DNA of 64,000 nt, from assembly GCA_050943535.1 (NCBI GenBank), contig JBMNPJ010000010.1:28916-92915 (forward strand). Direction: 5' to 3'. The stretch comes from Massiliimalia sp. GTDB lineage: Bacteria > Bacillota > Clostridia > Oscillospirales > Ruminococcaceae. The translations under genes were made by a program, and so were the position numbers. Shown here in pieces: positions 61,043 to 64,000 of the stretch; position 1 is the stretch's first letter, and each line of letters starts with the position of its first letter. The notes beneath the pieces were generated by a model that did no database searches, had not been told where the DNA came from, and saw only the letters and a program-made list of their open reading frames with translations.

Positions 61043-61084
61043 AAAATCCCCCAAGAAAGCTAAATGGCTTTCTTGGGGGATTTT
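61043..61084. terminator. Strong terminator after NUDIX
   Basis: aaaatcccccaagaaagc/gctttcttgggggatttt. Confidence 0.85.
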
Positions 61085-61189
61085 AGTTTGCATTACAGAA
61101 ACAGGTAGAACCTGTTGAAACGGTTGAGAAGAAATCGCCTGATATTTTCGCACTGCTATAGGGTACGCGCTGAAGGTCATTAGCACCAG

Positions 61190-61730
61190 ACATTGTCCGG
61201 CAGTGTCCTGCCGGGGCGAACCGAGTTCGCCAAGGAACTTTGTTCATTTTCTTATGGAAGAAAACGAACCAAAAGACCATTCCTCAAACGCCGGAACGGC
61301 TTACAGTGGGGCGTGCTCCGGAAATATTCGGTTAGTCGCACTGCCCCCCTGAGAGCGCCATTGACGCTCTCTTCCCCCCAAGTATAGTTTGCACATCTGA
61401 CGAAAACAGCTGTTTTCTAAAAACGGTCGTTGGGTGGAAAGCGCTGCGGCGCTAGCGGGCACTGCCCGGCGGGTAGCACCCGCAGGCAATAACGCTACGC
61501 TCTCCAGGGGTTCACACCCCTGGACCACCTGCGGTGGGACAAAGACGCTACGCCCGCCAGGGGTTCACACCCCTGAACCCGAAGAGGCTACGCTCGTGTT
61601 CTATCAGTTGAGTGGAAAATACATATTATTTCCGCTTTACTGACAGGGTACGTGCCGAAGGCCATTTGCTCCGGCTCTTAGCCGGTTGGCACCGGGCACT
61701 GCCCGGCGGACATTGTCCGGTCAGCTTGCC
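61190..61730 (+). repeat. Longest composite repeat element (~540 bp)
   Basis: ggggcgtgctccggaaatattcggttagtcgcactgccccc..gaaagcgctgcggcgct module, two ccaggggttcacacccctg modules, palindromic module (61584-61662) and tttgctccggctcttagccggttg tail. Confidence 0.9.
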
Positions 61731-62920
61731 TCCTGCTCTTTTTTTGCTACAGAACGGTACCATAAAATTCCGATAATCAAAATCAGCGGGAATACGGAAG
61801 CCAATAAAAGCCCTACTTTCAGGTTTTCTCCAAAAGCTTCGGAAATCATCCCGACTGCTGCCGGTCCAGCAGAGCATCCAAAGTCTCCGGCCAATGCCAG
61901 CAGGGCAAACATGGCGGTGCCGCCTTTGGGCAAAGCTTTGGCCGCAGTGCTGAAACTTCCCGGCCACATAATCCCAACGGATAATCCGCACAATGCACAG
62001 CCGATCAGGCTCAGTACCGGATTTGGGGACAAAGCGGCAGTCAGATAGCTGATGATGCACAATCCGCTGCTTAATAACATAAACCGGTGCAGATGAATTT
62101 TTTCACTGAATTTGCCGTAAAACGCCCGGGAACATCCCATTAAAATGGCGAAGGAACAAGGGCCTGCCAAATCTCCCACGGTTTTGGAAACCTTTAGACC
62201 GGATTCTGCAAAGGCAGAAGCCCACTGGCTCATTCCCTGTTCAGATGCGGCTGAACAGATCATCAATAGACATAAAATCCAGAATACCTTGTTTTTAAAC
62301 AGGCCGGTAATGGACATGCTTTCTCCGTCTTCCACCAGTACTCGGATAGGAACAAGGGAGAAATACACACAGTTGAGCAGGGGAACCAGTGCCCAAATGC
62401 AGGCTAAAATCCGCCAGTTTTGGATTCCAGCCAGTGTAAAGAATATGGTGGACATAATGACAACAAATACATGTCCCCAACAGTAAAAGGAATGAAGCAA
62501 GCTCATGGCAGCTTCTTTTTTGGTGGTGGGGCAGGCCTCTACAATGGGGCTTACCAGTACTTCAATCAAACCTCCGCCGATGGCGTAGAAAAATACCGCT
62601 GTCAGCATGCCGATGTAAGGGTCTGGGAATAGATCTGGCAGAATTGCCAGCCCGATCAATCCGGCTGCGGAACAGACATGGGCAGCTAAAATGCAGGGAC
62701 GATAGCCGATTCGGTCCACAAATTTTGCTGCCAAAAAGTCTACCAGCAGCTGAACGGCAAAGTTAAAGCTGACCAGCAAAGCAATTTTATCCAGAGAGAT
62801 GGAAAAACTGCTCTGGAAGGTTAAAAACAGCAGAGGAGCGAAGTTATTGATAATTGCCTGGGTAATATAACCGATATATGCGGCATAGATGGTGTGATTA
62901 TAATTGTTTCGGATATTCAT
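61721..62920 (-). CDS. MFS transporter (fucose permease-like)
   Basis: 12 hydrophobic segments; DRIGYR, GGGLIEVLVSP and LLHSFYCWG motifs. Confidence 0.88.
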   Translation of the reverse strand: MNIRNNYNHTIYAAYIGYITQAIINNFAPLLFLTFQSSFSISLDKIALLVSFNFAVQLLVDFLAAKFVDRIGYRPCILAAHVCSAAGLIGLAILPDLFPDPYIGMLTAVFFYAIGGGLIEVLVSPIVEACPTTKKEAAMSLLHSFYCWGHVFVVIMSTIFFTLAGIQNWRILACIWALVPLLNCVYFSLVPIRVLVEDGESMSITGLFKNKVFWILCLLMICSAASEQGMSQWASAFAESGLKVSKTVGDLAGPCSFAILMGCSRAFYGKFSEKIHLHRFMLLSSGLCIISYLTAALSPNPVLSLIGCALCGLSVGIMWPGSFSTAAKALPKGGTAMFALLALAGDFGCSAGPAAVGMISEAFGENLKVGLLLASVFPLILIIGILWYRSVAKKEQEAS

Positions 62921-62947
62921 GCAGAAATCTCCTTGTCAGTTTGTGAG

Positions 62948-62965
62948 TTTTAAACATGTTTCAAA
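62948..62965. promoter_or_regulatory. Near-perfect palindrome TTTTAAACATGTTTCAAA upstream of the MFS gene, possible operator
   Basis: Read directly; 28 bp upstream of the MFS start. Confidence 0.3.
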
Positions 62966-62975
62966 AAAGATATTG

Positions 62976-63007
62976 AAAAATATGCCCGGGGCGGCTGCCC
63001 CGGGCAT
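62976..63007 (-). terminator. Terminator after proS
   Basis: atgcccggggc/gccccgggcat stem followed by T5 on the minus strand. Confidence 0.75.
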
Positions 63008-63024
63008 GGTTCGCCGATGAATCA

Positions 63025-64000
63025 TTAATATTGGCGTCCCCAGTAAACCTGATGTTTCGCAGGTTTTCCGCAGCAAACGCATACATCGGAAATATGTTCT
63101 TCTTCAAACGGAATACACCGGGATTTTACACCGCCGGTTTCGTCTTTAATTTTGTTTTCGCATTCTACATCGCCGCACCACATGGCTTTGATAAAGCCTG
63201 GATGATTTTTGGAGATATCCAAAAATTCTTCATAGTTGTGAGCGGTAAAGGTTTTTTCATTCAGGTTTTCCAGTGCCCGTTCATACAAACCGTCGTGAAC
63301 TGCCTGGAGCTGTTTCGGGATTTCTTCCATCAGGTTGTCCAGAGAAACCACGGTTTTTTCACGGTTGTCGCGGCGAACCAGAACACACTGATTCTGTTCG
63401 ATATCTTTCGGACCGATTTCCAGACGAACCGGAACCCCTTTCATTTCATACTGGCTGAATTTCCATCCAGGAGAGTTGTCGGAGTCGTCCAGTTTTACCC
63501 GGAAGGTATCCCGCAGTTTTTCTTCCAGTTCCCGTGCTTTTTCCAGTACCCCTTCTTTATGCTGAGCAATCGGAATAATCGCTACCTGAATCGGAGCGAT
63601 TTTCGGAGGCAGAACCAAACCGTTGTCGTCGCCGTGAACCATGATAATAGCACCGATCATACGGGTAGAAACGCCCCAGGAAGTCTGGTATGGGTTCTGC
63701 AAAGTGTTATCCCGGCCGGTGAAGGTAATGCCAAAGCTCTTAGTGAAGTGGTTGCCGAAATAGTGGGAGGTACCGCCCTGCAGTGCAACCCCATTGTGCA
63801 TCATTGGTTCAATGGTATAGGTTGCCTGAGCGCCTGCGAATTTTTCTTTTTCGGTTTTCTGACCGGTAATTGCCGGAATTGCCAGAGTTTCCCGATAGAA
63901 GTCTTCGTATACTTTCAGCATCCGCATGGTTTCTTCCTGAGCTTCTTCAGCGGTTTCATGCATAGTGTGACCTTCCTGCCATAAAAATTCAGAAGAACGC
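63025..64000 (-). CDS. proS: Prolyl-tRNA synthetase (archaeal/eukaryote-type), 5' end outside the window
   Basis: Frame stays open to the window edge ([12 protein letters not shown] motif 2); [20 protein letters not shown] and C-terminal zinc cysteines. Confidence 0.95.
   Translation of the reverse strand, partial: RSSEFLWQEGHTMHETAEEAQEETMRMLKVYEDFYRETLAIPAITGQKTEKEKFAGAQATYTIEPMMHNGVALQGGTSHYFGNHFTKSFGITFTGRDNTLQNPYQTSWGVSTRMIGAIIMVHGDDNGLVLPPKIAPIQVAIIPIAQHKEGVLEKARELEEKLRDTFRVKLDDSDNSPGWKFSQYEMKGVPVRLEIGPKDIEQNQCVLVRRDNREKTVVSLDNLMEEIPKQLQAVHDGLYERALENLNEKTFTAHNYEEFLDISKNHPGFIKAMWCGDVECENKIKDETGGVKSRCIPFEEEHISDVCVCCGKPAKHQVYWGRQY

Noticed and set aside
63961-63963. ATG 63963 as the proS start
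   Set aside because: The frame continues to the window edge through catalytic motif 2; the gene is truncated by the window.

Overview
Core-chromosome window of a Clostridia-class bacterium; gene content suggests Oscillospiraceae/Ruminococcaceae (inference). 0.5-23 kb: carbohydrate, polyphosphate and amidohydrolase genes (xylulokinase-like kinase, GHL6-type glycosidase, NahK-like kinase plus nucleotidyltransferase, ppx-ppk1, Gfo/Idh/MocA plus TIM-barrel pair, GH125, ROK-MlrC-M24-like operon). 23-29 kb: YtrA-type GntR/ABC operon, aroE-aroK. 29-39 kb: complete fab/acc cluster. 39.5-55.2 kb: complete S10-spc-alpha ribosomal protein cluster. 55-64 kb: AbrB-like regulator, HD hydrolase, a radical SAM/DUF4130 pair with a LexA-type box, pentapeptide-repeat protein, cupin, ynzC, NUDIX, MFS and the 3' part of proS. 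No transposase, integrase, CRISPR array, rRNA or tRNA was recognised. The most unexplained non-coding signals are: (1) a modular palindromic repeat family at eight intergenic loci, two of which overlap gene ends; (2) a free-standing ~127-nt structured RNA candidate with its own sigmaA promoter and terminator (4481-4607); (3) a dense DnaA-box cluster (22999-23235) with no dnaA in the window. All motif and family calls were made by eye; no database search was run.
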